A stretch of 63,862 nt of DNA, the filler included, from Lenisia limosa (taxonomy: Eukaryota; Protista; Breviatea): NCBI GenBank assembly GCA_001655205.1. It is 15 parts of 15 records of this genome, joined end to end, with 100 filler letters (N's around TTAATTAATTAA, not from the genome) between each part and the next. Parts side by side here need not be neighbours in the genome. Positions count along the whole stretch, not along the records: positions 25,412 to 37,358 come from LPNZ01001937.1; positions 37,459 to 40,602 come from LPNZ01010080.1; positions 40,703 to 44,928 come from LPNZ01008038.1; positions 45,029 to 47,070 come from LPNZ01002633.1; positions 47,171 to 48,703 come from LPNZ01008639.1; 10 more parts are not named here. The stretch is one strand, 5' to 3'. Within the stretch, counting starts at the first letter, position 1. Each line of letters starts with the position of its first letter. Shown here piece after piece: positions 35,501 to 47,224 of the stretch. The notes under the pieces were generated by a model. That model saw nothing but the letters and a program-made list of their open reading frames with translations, was not told where the DNA came from and made no database searches. The position numbers and the translations under genes are program-made.

Positions 35501-36790
35501 GACGGTTTCCATAGCTGGGATGGTCTCCTGTATATGTCAGCAAGAATGGGGGGGGGGNNNNNNNNNNNNNNNNNNNNNNNNNNNNNNNNNNNNNNNNNNN
35601 NNNNNNNNNNNNNNNNNNNNNNNNNNNNNNNNNNNNNNNNNNNNNNNNNNNNNNNNNNNNNNNNNNCAGGGTCAGAAACAGTAATAGAATAACAATGATC
35701 AATGAAAGAATACAACATACAGCTAGCAGGTACATAACAGATAACAGGAAAAGAAATGGAATAATATGAAAGTATAATGGGGACTCACAGGAACAAGAGC
35801 CACATCAATAGCCAGGTAGATCGACCGAAGTCCTCGTGAGTAGGCGTTTCTGTAGATCCGCGGGTGCTCGTAGGAGATACCAACTGTGATCATGTGGTTG
35901 CCATCACTGACGCCACCGTAGGGCAGTTCACTATACGGGATTATCATAATAGTGGTCGGACATAATGCATGCCAATATAAAAATTCAAGCAAGTTTGAAA
36001 TCAGGAATGATGTGTGTGATAACACAAAGTATATGTAAAGGAAGTATCAGGCCGAATCCATCCACACCATCACGTTATAAAGGGCTACAATCACTTTCCT
36101 GACAAACACACATACCCAATACCCAACAATACCAACCAATACCCACACCTGACTATACACATACGCCGCAGAAAGTTGTGTACACAAAGTTGCCAGGAAA
36201 TGATTGGATGAATTAATATTTATCTAACTATCATCATTACAACCTCATAAACGTGATGGGGTGGACGGCTTCGGCCTGTTACCTCTTTTTGTTCTCTCAT
36301 TTTTGCATACCCCATGCCGACCTGACTTTGCCGTTGAGGCCACTGGATGGAACCGGGTCAAGGTGCTCAAATATCTCACTCCTGATAATCGATAAAAGAT
36401 CGAATAGTAACTGACAAACTAGTACAAACTGGAATTATAATTACCTCTGAGCAAGACCCCCTCCCCCAGAAGATACGCTTTTGGTAAGACCCACAGTCTT
36501 TACGCTGTATCTCCAGTATAATACTCTTATCCACACCTGCAGTATCTCCAGTACTTCTGCTCATCGTTGATAATGTCAAACTTCTCAGATTCATACGCGT
36601 GGCCTACACTCGTGAACTGAAATAAAGTGGAAAAATTGAGTGAACTGTGACTGAATCATCCAAACATATCGAAATACATCAAAGATTTATTGAAAGCTCC
36701 ATATAGAAAAGCCTACCCGAGAAATAGGCCGATTCAAAGCATGCTGGCACCATCAGAACAATAGAAAGCGCCCTGTCACTGTCGCCATTT
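26599..36790 (-). CDS. Large type I membrane protein: glycoside-hydrolase-like ectodomain, Ser/Thr/Asp stalk, one TM helix, Pro-rich cytosolic tail (over 20 exons; 5' end unresolved)
   Basis: Exons include RYVAEPWSTW, YPDFGGEYVDSHNIYGFEQDYDRDHFAHCDGILSF, FTKMIYDDVE, FQYFDMFGIE, VEAYLRRLMVHG, HKHLWKEYQAKNLALNKLGY, CLVERYGDG. The stalk is PSTSTDEASTSDGTGDGSGTSDDDDTV, the TM is LAIGIAALAVIAVGAAAVFIVF followed by KKKK, and the tail is GPPRRMPPSGPPKRMPPRGPPTRRPPGPQPQNML* (TAA 26599-26601). Confidence 0.75.
28424..28705. repeat. Degenerate (ATC)n microsatellite, intronic
   Basis: catcatcat/tatcatcac runs between the stalk and juxtamembrane exons; it explains the spurious Met/Asp-rich ORFs. Confidence 0.9.
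30371..30505. mobile_element. MITE family C copy
   Basis: ta|gggctctgtgcaattaattt...aatgaattgcacagagtcgccc. Confidence 0.75.
33060..33260. repeat. Dispersed repeat family E (~200-250 bp)
   Basis: gtgttcatcccgagtgtatcagag..gaatatgaggtcatatcactg..ggaaaatgaca is the reverse complement of 3390-3500; fragments also at ~32130-32200 and 50130-50240. Confidence 0.65.
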
Positions 36791-37534
36791 GATTGAATTG
36801 TCCCGGAAAATCTGCGGAATTAAGGGCCGCAGATATAAGAGCTTATGGTGATCAAATGACTGAAGATATGGGTACTGTGATGCTCAAAGGGCCACATAGG
36901 TGGGGGGACATGACCGTGTCCAGGGACATGACCGTGTCCACTTTTTTTTATTTTCTTCAAAAAAACACTAATTCAATAAAAAATGTTGCGAAGGGGAAAG
37001 CAGTAACTCTCAGTGTATAAAACATCACAAGCTGTATTTTTCAGAAAGGTTCTAATATTACAAACATCAAAGCTCATAAAAGCAATCGAAAAATGTAGAC
37101 ACTCAGAATGAGATTTTCTTCTTAAAGTAAGACATAAAACTAAATGACAAACTTCTATTTCCTATTTTTCTTCACAGGGCGCTTTTTCGAAGTCTTGGCC
37201 TTCCCCTTTCCTGAAAAGTCATTCCAATTTTGCACAATATTTAAAAACCTTTTCTTGCTTCTGCATGTTTTCTCTTCTTTTCTTCGACATTAGCTTTTTT
37301 GATTCTTGCCATTTCTTTCTTCCGATTTTCCAACAATACTTCAGTCCAATGATCTGCANNNNNNNNNNNNNNNNNNNNNNNNNNNNNNNNNNNNNNNNNN
37401 NNTTAATTAATTAANNNNNNNNNNNNNNNNNNNNNNNNNNNNNNNNNNNNNNNNNNNNGAAATTGGAATGAAATTTTAAACAAAATCCAAACCGAAAAAA
37501 CACTAACCCTCCTTTTGATTCAGTGAATACTTAC

Positions 37535-40500
37535 CTCGCGACATCAGGGTTGAAGAGTTCCACCAAAGAGGCGCACGAAACACTGTCAAAGTTGCAGCTG
37601 TTCTGCGGGTGTAAAATAACATTTTCCCTTAAGAATCAAGAATATAACGCAATAGAGGTCGCAACGAAGGGAAAGAAATAACACCAGTGTAGGGCTTTAT
37701 TTTGGTTCAAGAAGACTACGAAAAGTGCCATTTACCGAAGGTTTACTCAGATTATAATTTGTCCAGACAATTGTGAAAGAAAAGGGGCGAATATCATATA
37801 TAATATCATATCGTACATAGAACCCACAGATGCTGGAATAAAACTACAATACAATATTGCCCCTCCCCCCTTCCCTCATACAAGGGCCTTCAAGGCAAAT
37901 GATGGGTCACCATATTTGAGGAGAAAGCCCACTATAGTTTCGCAACCCGGCACGGGAATGGACATTAGGTACGGGATTTCTGAGCTGTGAGAGGAGGGGT
38001 GGGACAGAAAATACACAAAAGAAAGAGGATTTATTATGACAAGGGGAAAGGGGGCATAGCGTGGAATTACTGAACAAATTTGGCGTTCCAAACATCTTCA
38101 ACCACTTTGTATTCTAACAAAGAAAGTCACAACCCACGATGAAGAAGTTTTAAGAAGACCGCAATATTGGACGAAAGGATTGAGAATGTTGCAACATTGA
38201 CAACCAGAGGGGTGGTGTTTAAAGAAGGTGCAAGAATCTGGAAGGTGAAAGAGGAACGTATCATTTCACAGCAATAAGACTTGAGAGAGTTACCTCTCTC
38301 TCATCACGCTTTCAGATACAGAAGTAATTTACCAAGAATTTTAAAAGGAAGAACATCTTGTTTTCAGTTTTCACTGTATCAACAGGTTCAACACAGACCT
38401 CCAGGGAAGCAGGAAGGACTGACGCGTCAAAGAACTTGTCCGCACTCATGACTGTAGGGGTGAATGGATGTTATGGCGTAAAGATTTCAATCATAAACAA
38501 ATGAATGGATGTTATGGCGTAAAGGTTTCAATCATAAACAAATGAATGGATGTTATGGCGTAAAGATTTCAATCAAAAACAAATGAATGGATGTTATGGC
38601 GTAAAGATTTCAATCATAAACAAATGAATGGATGTTNNNNNNNNNNNNNNNNNNNNNNNNNNNNNNNNNNNNNNNNNNNNNNNNNNNNNNNNNNNNNNNN
38701 NNNNNNNNNNNNNNNNNNNNNNNNNNNNNNNNNNNNNNNNNNNNNNNNNNNNNNNNNNNNNNNNNNNNNATTCTAAAACAAAAAATCCAAAAAAAGAGAG
38801 GGAAACGAAAGCCTTTGGTGGGTCTTTTGTCAAAATCCTCCCCACTTGGTAAAACGGAGAGAAGCAGTCCGTTAATGTTAGAAGCGTTGGGGTATTGCCC
38901 AGGTCCTAGCTTTCGAGGAAGGTCATCCCCTTTTTCGGAATTTGGATGAGACTGAAGAAGGCCGGGGCGGAGACGATGGATGACGGGCAGGATGGTTTGA
39001 GCAAACTAGGTTGTCAATTGAGGGTCTAACTAGGGCTTCATTTCGGTTCGAAAAAGACTGGTGAAATATCGATAGTTTTCGAAGATTTATCGAGAAATGC
39101 AGTCTTTGTTCGAACCGAAGTGAAGCCCTTAAGAAGTCTCATTATTGGAAGAAGAAGCCTCACAACCGTCCTCCCTCCCACTGGGCTGAAGGGCAGAAGG
39201 GTCCAGACAGGTACGTTCAGACGACCATAGATCTCGTCCATACCTTCACCACAACTGGGGGGGGGGGGTAAATGCCAGGTCTAAGNNNNNNNNNNNNNNN
39301 NNNNNAAACAAAATGAGAAATAAAACAAGGTGGCATTTTTGACGGACGCTAATAATAATTATAATAAAACAAAGAACACAAAATTCAAACCTCACCTAAG
39401 TAGATAGGTGAAGAGAAACTTGACAATGGGGGCTGCAGATGTGATAATTTCCTCTAAAGATACCTGAGGGGGGGGGGNNNNNNNNNNNNNNNNNNNNNNN
39501 NNNNNNNNNNNNNNNNNNNNNNNNNNNNNNNNNNNNNNNNNNNNNNNNNNNNNNTACTGCATAGAAAAAGGTGGTGCCAACCAAATGGTTCTTCGTAGCA
39601 GGGGAGGCAAAAATGGCACAGGAGAGCAGTGGCGGAACGAGGGCATTTCTACATTAATTAACTTGTTTTGCAGTAATAAAATCCATGCATTGAACACTAG
39701 GCTCATCCCCAGAGTAAAGACCCTCGCCCCACGTGGTTGTTGCCAAGTCTGTCCATTCGGTTTTCGAGAGAGGTTCTACACTGGCAGTCGCTGGAGTTGG
39801 GTACTGGGGAGGGTTAAAGACAACTCAACACAGCATGAGCTGATTGTTCAGTGGGCTGAAATGCAACATCGTGATAAGGGGGTAAATAGATCCGCGCAAA
39901 ATCGCACAAAATGAGATTTATTAGCATCATAGAATGAGAAATTGCCTTTGGTTTACTCCGACCCCCTCACGACTAAGTGTCCTGTTCGATGTCGCTGCCA
40001 ATTCATAACCTGCAACATGTCATTGGACGAAGACTGCGGTGAAGCGAAAAAGAAACCATTCAAAAAAAGAGAGGAGGTACAGATTACAAAAGGCTGCCGG
40101 AAAATACAAAATTACAAAAGAAGAATAATGACATTAAAAGTCCAATAAAAATTAGACTAATACTAATCATTAAAGTAATAATAACAATTCTAATAAATAT
40201 AATAAAATATGTATAATATCATATACTATATAATACATGTAAAACATGTAAAACATGTAGTAAATGCTGATAAGAATCTTTGTTGATCAGAAAGACCAAT
40301 CTCAACCAACCTGAGTAGGAGGTAGTAAACTTGCTACAGTTCTTCGCAGGAGCGAAACACTTGGAGGCAAATAGTGCCCAAGAACTGTGGAGGTGAGTAG
40401 TCAAATGGGCTGCAGTGAAAACGAGGAAGGTTGGATTTAGCCTCACAACAACAAACTGAGAAACCAAAACAACAACATCCCCCCCACGAGAAATCGCAAT

Positions 40501-40570
40501 CTCCACAATGTGTTTGAGAGGATGGCACGTCCACTCAGGCAACCGGGGCTGCAGGTCCGCACTGTTCAAG
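37535..40570 (-). CDS. Hypothetical multi-exon protein, internal fragment
   Basis: Exons such as NALVPPLLSCAIFASPATKNHL|VSLEEIITSAAPIVK, CGEGMDEIYGRLNVPVWTLLPFSP|SHPNSEKGDDLPRKLGPGQYPNASNINGLLLSVLP|IMSADKFFDASVLPASLE and SEIPYLMSIPVPGCETIVGFLLKYGDPSFALKAL|NSCNFDSVSCASLVELFNPDVAR, with consistent splice signals. No family recognised. Confidence 0.55.
38460..38636. repeat. 39-bp minisatellite (at least 4.5 units, runs into N gap)
   Basis: aatgaatggatgttatggcgtaaagatttcaatcataaac-like units. Confidence 0.9.
39033..39128. mobile_element. MITE family A1 copy
   Basis: ta|gggcttcatttcggttcgaaaaagac...gtctttgttcgaaccgaagtgaagccc. Confidence 0.85.
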
Positions 40571-40761
40571 TGAGTGCGTGACTAAAAGGACTGAAAAGCC
40601 CTNNNNNNNNNNNNNNNNNNNNNNNNNNNNNNNNNNNNNNNNNNNNTTAATTAATTAANNNNNNNNNNNNNNNNNNNNNNNNNNNNNNNNNNNNNNNNNN
40701 NNTATTTAACACCAGAACGCAGAAGTAGAAGGCTTCGGCACCTCTGACCAGCCAGACCAAA

Positions 40762-43700
40762 ATGGCACTTGAAGTCTTCTCAATCAACTTCCATGGGCTG
40801 AATCAAATCCTGTTCTACATCCTACTCTTCTTGACACTGTCAACACTCGGCAGGATCATCTTCCACTCGAAGTATTTCAAGACTTTCCCAGAGTCCGCAC
40901 TTCTGATCCTTCTGGTAGGTAGCTGACATCCGAGCTTCCTCGGACCTTGTGCCAAAGGCACGGGGGCTTGCCCCAGGCTTTATGGAGCTTTAGTTATATT
41001 TGTGGAATGGATTGGGTTGTTTTATTTATCATTCGAATAATGGTATGGTATTGGGTGACTTACTCTTTTGGGAACTCAGAAACCTCACATCGATGTTGTA
41101 ACGTCACCCACCGCTTATGAATCTCTGAAATGCTATTTTAAAAGAGTTGATTAATTAAATTCTCATTATTTTACCCCCCCCCCCCTTATTTTTTTACTCT
41201 GAAACCCAAAAATGTTACAATTAAGAGATGAATTTGGTTGTTTTGCTGCATTGGCATTTAGCATCGCAGGGCTCGGCATTTGGTGGGTGCCTCGTGTTCC
41301 TCAACACTGAAGACCTGTACGGCTTCGAGTCGGAGGTCTTCTTCCTCATCATGATTCCGCCGTGGGTCTTGGTCGCTATTCTGTTGGTTTGACTCACTGC
41401 TCTAGGATCATCTTTGAGGCGGGGTATTTCCTTCAGAAGCAGTACTTCTTCTACAACTTCATCACCATTTCCCTCTATGCTGTTATTGGAACAATTTTCA
41501 ATACCTTCTGCATCGCATTATCTTTGTGGCTTGGTAAGCTGATGAATAAATAGGTTTATCTGATTGTCATTGAAACAAAATTGTATTCTATTTTGACCAT
41601 CTCCTGCGCGTTCCAACCATGTAGTATCAGACAATGGCCTTGTGGACACCAGTATATCGTTTACAGAGAGTCTGATTTTTGGATCTCTGATCTCAGCTGT
41701 GGATCCAGTGGCAGTTGGGGGGCAAGGAATACTATGATGGCTTGGTGATAATTGTTTACTTGAAACATTGATCTGCACATGAACCCTCCCCTCAGGTGTT
41801 GGCGGTCCTTGAGGAAGTACATGTCAATGAAACGCTTAATATCCTGGCGTTTGGAGAGTCCGTTCTAAATGATGCGGTCTGAGTGGCTTGGATTATATTG
41901 GAAGGATCTGATGCATTTAATAGCGTTACCTGCCTTGGCTGGACAAAATGTTGTCACTTCTCATTTCAATCCAACATCGAAGGATTCAAAACTTCAGTTG
42001 CATTGATCTTTGTCGTGTGGTTGTAGATTGACGATTCAGGTATCCATTGTTCTTTACAATTTGTTTGTTGCCGTCCACGAAGCCGGCTCAGTGACGGAGG
42101 AAACCATTGGCCTGGCCGTCGGCAAGTTCTTTGTTACTTCTCTCGGAGGTCTGACCTCCGGCGTCGCGTTCGGTACGATTGGGACTGTGTAGTTCATTGT
42201 CAGGATATTTCAGTCAGGATTTGAGACGTTGTTGTGGCTCATATCCTAGGGCTGATCTCCGCCATTCTCACTCGGTTCACAACACACCTCACTCCAATTG
42301 AGCCGCTGACGGTTCTTGTCTTCGCCTACCTTTCCTATGTTGTGGCTGAAGTGGGTCGTCTCGTCCCTTGCTAACCTGCTTCTTAACCTGTAGATTTTCC
42401 ACTTCAGTGGAATTGTGGCTATTTTGTTCTGCGGAGTGGTCATGAATCACTACACAAGTAGGAACCAGACAATAAGAATATAGTGCAATATTGTGATTCT
42501 TTGTTACACATATACATATATATCATATGTGTTTCTCGTAACCCTGTTCAGATATGAACATTACTGACTCAAGTAAAACTACAGTCAAGTACATGCTGAA
42601 AATGCTTGCTGGTAGGAATTGAGCGAGCTGACCTTCGTGATCATTTGATGTACTGACTCCTTCTAGGAACCGCAGAAACGGTCGTGTTCATGTTTCTGGG
42701 GCTTGCCATTGTTGATGATCACAGCTGGGACTCGTGGCTGATCTTCTACACCATTCTGTAGGTATTGTTGTTCTTCAAGTTTCTGAGTCAAGACTTTATA
42801 AAGACAGACAGATTATATACAACAAACAAAACTTGAGGGAAAACTCATTATCACAGATTCTGCATTATCTTCCGTGCTATTGCGGTATTTAGCTTAACAG
42901 CGCTGGCAAATCCTTTCAGAATGGTTCCCATCGCTTTCCAGGACCAAATGATTCTTGTTTATGGTTGGGGGGGGGGGGGGNNNNNNNNNNNNNNNNNNNN
43001 NNNNNNNNNNNNNNNNNNNNNNNNNNNNNNNNNNNNNNNNNNNNNNNNNNNNNNNACTCGCCTTTACTCTTCCCGAGACGATTGCTCCGAAACAGACCCT
43101 CATTAGCACCACATTGGCTGTAGTGTTCTTCACTGTCTTCATCCAAGGTTAGGGACGTCAGTTGAGATAGCGCTAAAATCCCCCGGCTGCACGTTAGTTG
43201 TTGTTCCAAAGTATTCTAAGAATATACATAAGGCTCCACTTCGGTTCGAAAAAAGACATTTTCTCTATAAATCTTCGAAAATTATCGGTTTTTTGCTGGT
43301 ATTTTTCGAACCAAAGTGAAGCCCTAACTAATAATATTTATCTTGATGACCAAAAGTTAAACAATAAACCAGGAAGTAGCTTAGAGTTGCAAGTTGTTAC
43401 AATTAAGGAACGACCATTAAGCCACTAATTGAGCTCCTGAACGTGAAGCGGAAGAAGGAAAAGGAAGTATGCTGGTTTTATTTTGGAGGAATCATTTTGC
43501 CCAACTCTGACCCTGGCAGTCTCAGTCCGTCGCCAATGCAGTCTTCAACCGCCTTATGGACCCCTTAATGCAAGCGATCGATGCCATTGTTCACCCCTCG
43601 CCTTCCTTCGTGCGCTGGGTCCGTTGTTGCCTTCTCAAACGTCTTGTTTGATGAATAACGTGGTTGTTTTGTCGAGAAAAACATTTGAGCTCAGCAGGAT

Positions 43701-44800
43701 GGTATTTATACCATTTTTTGTCATGATTAATGAGTCCTTCTATTTGCTAATTGTCACAAGGTTATCTTCCGTCCGCAATACAAACCATATTCGCATTTCA
43801 CCCCTCCAGCATGTACAAGAAAGATGGGCCAGCTTTGACAGCAAATACCTCCAGCCGTAGTTGGATCTTTTGTACCATGGTCGTTTGTCTTCATTCATAG
43901 CTGGTTTTGAGGATTCCTTTTCACTTGTCCAGGATTTTCTTAAAACATAAGAAGTCGGATGAGTTGCTTACGTCAGTCAAAGAACAGCCCAAAAGCTTGG
44001 TGAGAATTGCCCCGATTGACCATTTACCCTCCAGTCTACCACCGCACTCGAACCCGCCGCTCCTGCACCCCACACTGCACCCCGAGATATCTTGGCTGCT
44101 GAACGTTGGGATTGGATTACTCTGTGTGTATTCTGGATGTAGCATCAGAAGAGACCAGTAGAGTATCGAGGATTTATTGAGGATTTATCGAGGATTTATC
44201 GAGGCGAACATTCGGAAGCAGTAATCAGCTCACCTCCTAGGACAACATATGGCATACCTTGCATCACATACCGAAACTCGACCACCAAGTAGAATCAGTG
44301 CGTTCACATTGATGTTACTATCCGAAATCTTGTTGTACGGTTATTAACTAGCAGTGCCACACCGGGTGCCTCGAGCCGAAGCCGTTGAAACAACCCTTGC
44401 TGACACCCTGGTGGGAGGAGAGAAGCTGCCTTTATCATTTCAACGTATTCCTTCGTTAACTTGTCCAGGCCGAAGCCGCGTCCGAGGGCTCAACACCAGA
44501 AACTCATCCTGAAGGTTGCGGGTCCTTTAAATCCGACCAGTTTCGTTATTTTGTGTCAAGATGGTGCTTTGGCACTCATCTTACCCCAAGCTGCTTTGAA
44601 ATTTATGTCTTTAGATGAAATCAAGACCCTTCTGAGCTCTTTCAGTGGACCGTCAGCAAAGAGAGGCCACGGGTAGGCTTAGGGCTTTTCCACCAATACT
44701 GTGCTTCAGGTTTTATTTTTCCAAGAAGGGTTCATCACCTGCGACGGTTTGTTGACACACCTGCTCTTCCTCCAGCACAGCCCCTTGGTCACATCCACGG
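40762..44800 (+). CDS. Na+/H+ exchanger, CPA1/NHE (SLC9A) family
   Basis: [18 protein letters not shown]|[35 protein letters not shown]|[46 protein letters not shown]|[39 protein letters not shown]|[16 protein letters not shown]. All canonical NHE motifs are present; the exact 3' end is uncertain. Confidence 0.93.
43231..43324. mobile_element. MITE family A1 copy
   Basis: aggctccacttcggttcgaaaaaagac...tttttcgaaccaaagtgaagccc|ta. Confidence 0.8.
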
Positions 44801-45028
44801 CTTGATACATAGAAGTGAGTTCTTCGTAAGACCGAAGCTGCCACATAATAATCATGTTTTTGTTTCATATGACATATTCGTCAGCGAAGTATCCCTCACC
44901 CCCTTTGATTTTCGGATTTTTTTTGTTTNNNNNNNNNNNNNNNNNNNNNNNNNNNNNNNNNNNNNNNNNNNNTTAATTAATTAANNNNNNNNNNNNNNNN
45001 NNNNNNNNNNNNNNNNNNNNNNNNNNNN

Positions 45029-45110
45029 TAGCTGTATTGTTTGTATGTAGCTGTATTGTTTGTATGTAGCTGTATTGTTTGTATGTAGTTGTATTGTTTG
45101 TATGTAGCTG
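45029..45110. repeat. 19-bp tandem repeat (about 4 units)
   Basis: tagctgtattgtttgtatg units. Confidence 0.9.
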
Positions 45111-45270
45111 GTGATGTAGTGGAAATAAAATAAAACAAGGTGAAATAGGATAGAGATGAGGTGAAATAGACTGTACCGTTTTAAACCTCGACCGATATCA
45201 TATTTCCCATCAGAGACAGTTTAGCTTGCCTGAGCGTACATATATAACCGATTTAGCCCTAGACAACCCG

Positions 45271-46010
45271 GAAGCGTCACGGAAGGACAAGGAAATTGCC
45301 CTCAAGAAGAAGAAGGTGTGTAAGTGTATTCATAGTACACTACTACTGTCAAAGTGCATTCTCATTCTATTTGTTTCTTGGCAACACGTCAAGCGTTTAT
45401 ACACAATTAAGCCCCTTTTGGAGTGCCAATTGCACACACACACCCACACTAACACCCTTCCATTCTATTACCATTCTAGGCCATCCCTTCATCATTTCAG
45501 GCCATCCTGCTGTTCCGGAAAAAGATTGTGGACAGCAACACGAAGCTGCAGAGTGAGAAGCAGGAAATGCTCTCAATGTCGCAATCATCTGAGTCTGTCA
45601 AATCCGAGGTGGTCGAGAGTTTTGAGGGTCTTTGATTGATACCGTTTACAGTGCACTTTTCAAAGGTGTTTTTTCAGCTTGTTTATGGAGAGGAGGCGCT
45701 AATAGCAACGTTGTGACTTTTTCTTCCACATACCCTGATTATCCCAATACCCAAGCCATATTCCGCATCTCATGCCGCAGCTTGATCGCCTACGTGCTGA
45801 AAGCAAGAAGCAAGAGGAGGCNNNNNNNNNNNNNNNNNNNNNNNNNNNNNNNNNNNNNNNNNNNNNNNNNNNNNNNNNNNNNNNNNNNNNNNNNNNNNNN
45901 NNNNNNNNNNNNNNNNNNNNNNNNNNNNNAAATGGATTGATCTGCGTTTTGGATTTTACTGACACGCACAGGCCTTGGTAAAAGAACTTCTTGCTCTTCG
46001 GCTGACGAAA
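45271..46010 (+). CDS. Hypothetical coiled-coil protein fragment
   Basis: Exons ALDNPEASRKDKEIALKKKK|AILLFRKKIVDSNTKLQ|SHIPHLMPQLDRLRAESKKQEE..ALVKELLALRLTKAE with GT-AG ends. Confidence 0.45.
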
Positions 46011-46336
46011 GCCGAGTTTGTGTATGAGAGAGGGGGTGCTCAGGAGACTTAATCCATTTGTGTCACACTTCGGTCCAAAAAGACTGAATTTCTCGATAAA
46101 TATCGATATTGTATCAGTCTTTTTCGAATGAAGTGAAGCCCTTGTCAGAGGAAGAGCAACTCTTGCTTCATTAGATCGTTTTGATGATTTTTGCAGCACC
46201 CCTCATAAGCCAGCCTCCCCCGCCCTTTTTTCAGCCACTATGCTCTCTGCCCCCCCTCCCGCCGCCTCCCCTTCACCGTAAGGAGAACGTCACTATTATT
46301 TGGTTCATAGTATTGCCGATATAAGTGTGACTGCTT

Positions 46337-46431
46337 GGGCTTCCCTACGGTCCGAAAAAGACCTTCAAAATATCGATATTTATCGTGGATTTTCGGGAAA
46401 TTCAGTCTTTTTTGGGACAGTTGGGGAGTCC
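46337..46431. mobile_element. MITE family A2 copy
   Basis: gggcttccctacggtccgaaaaagac...gtctttttttgggacagttggggagtcc|ta. Confidence 0.75.
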
Positions 46432-46714
46432 TAGTGATTGATACCAGTATTGTCGATATAAGGGTAATTGATTGATAATAGCACGGGTGCCACGTTATTC
46501 CCTTTTATGTTTTCACTTCATATCAATACACTCCATACTATTTGTTCATCACCTCCGATACTCATCCCTATTATTTGACTGGTAGTAATGCCCTTCTTTG
46601 TCTAATTGTGTTGTTATTATTGCGAGCGTGTTATCTGTTTTGCCAACACCAGGTCTTGATCTTTTTTTCTGTTTCACCAACTTTCTTTACCATCTGGCCA
46701 ATGCCGAATTCAAC

Positions 46715-46918
46715 TTAATCAGAATGAAAAGTGCTATCACCCAAGTGTATGTATTTGACTGAATTAAGCGGTTTCACGGAGGAAGGAAAAGAAGGGACTG
46801 CCTTTGATGAAGGCAGAGTCTCAATCCAGTCCCCAATTCCACTTTCAAAAAGGTTTCCTCCATTTTGCATGCGGTGCAGTGTACTTTCTGGGTACAACAA
46901 TGTCACGTAGATCGAATC
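46715..46918 (-). CDS. Possible terminal exon of a hypothetical gene
   Basis: Acceptor cttcag followed by an open frame DSIYVTLLYPESTLHRMQNGGNLFESGIGDWIETL...STFHSD*. Confidence 0.3.
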   Translation of the reverse strand, partial: DSIYVTLLYPESTLHRMQNGGNLFESGIGDWIETLPSSKAVPSFPSSVKPLNSVKYIHLGDSTFHSD

Positions 46919-47224
46919 TGAAGAATAAAGGTCCATTTATCTTTTTGCACAGTTTTCGGGTAAAATAGACTTTCAAAATCATGCCAAAAAATGCAATCGC
47001 GGTCTCTACGATGAAGTTGGTTGTGAGTTAGAAATAACGAAGGAGTCCCCCCCCCCCCAAACCCAAAAACNNNNNNNNNNNNNNNNNNNNNNNNNNNNNN
47101 NNNNNNNNNNNNNNTTAATTAATTAANNNNNNNNNNNNNNNNNNNNNNNNNNNNNNNNNNNNNNNNNNNNGATATATAATACGTTGTATTTCAGCAATTT
47201 TTTTTTAAAAAAACTTCGTCCAGC

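Noticed and set aside
37140-37358. Lys-rich minus-strand frame with one stop at the contig end
   Set aside because: Explained by purine-rich low complexity; no diagnostic transposase motif.
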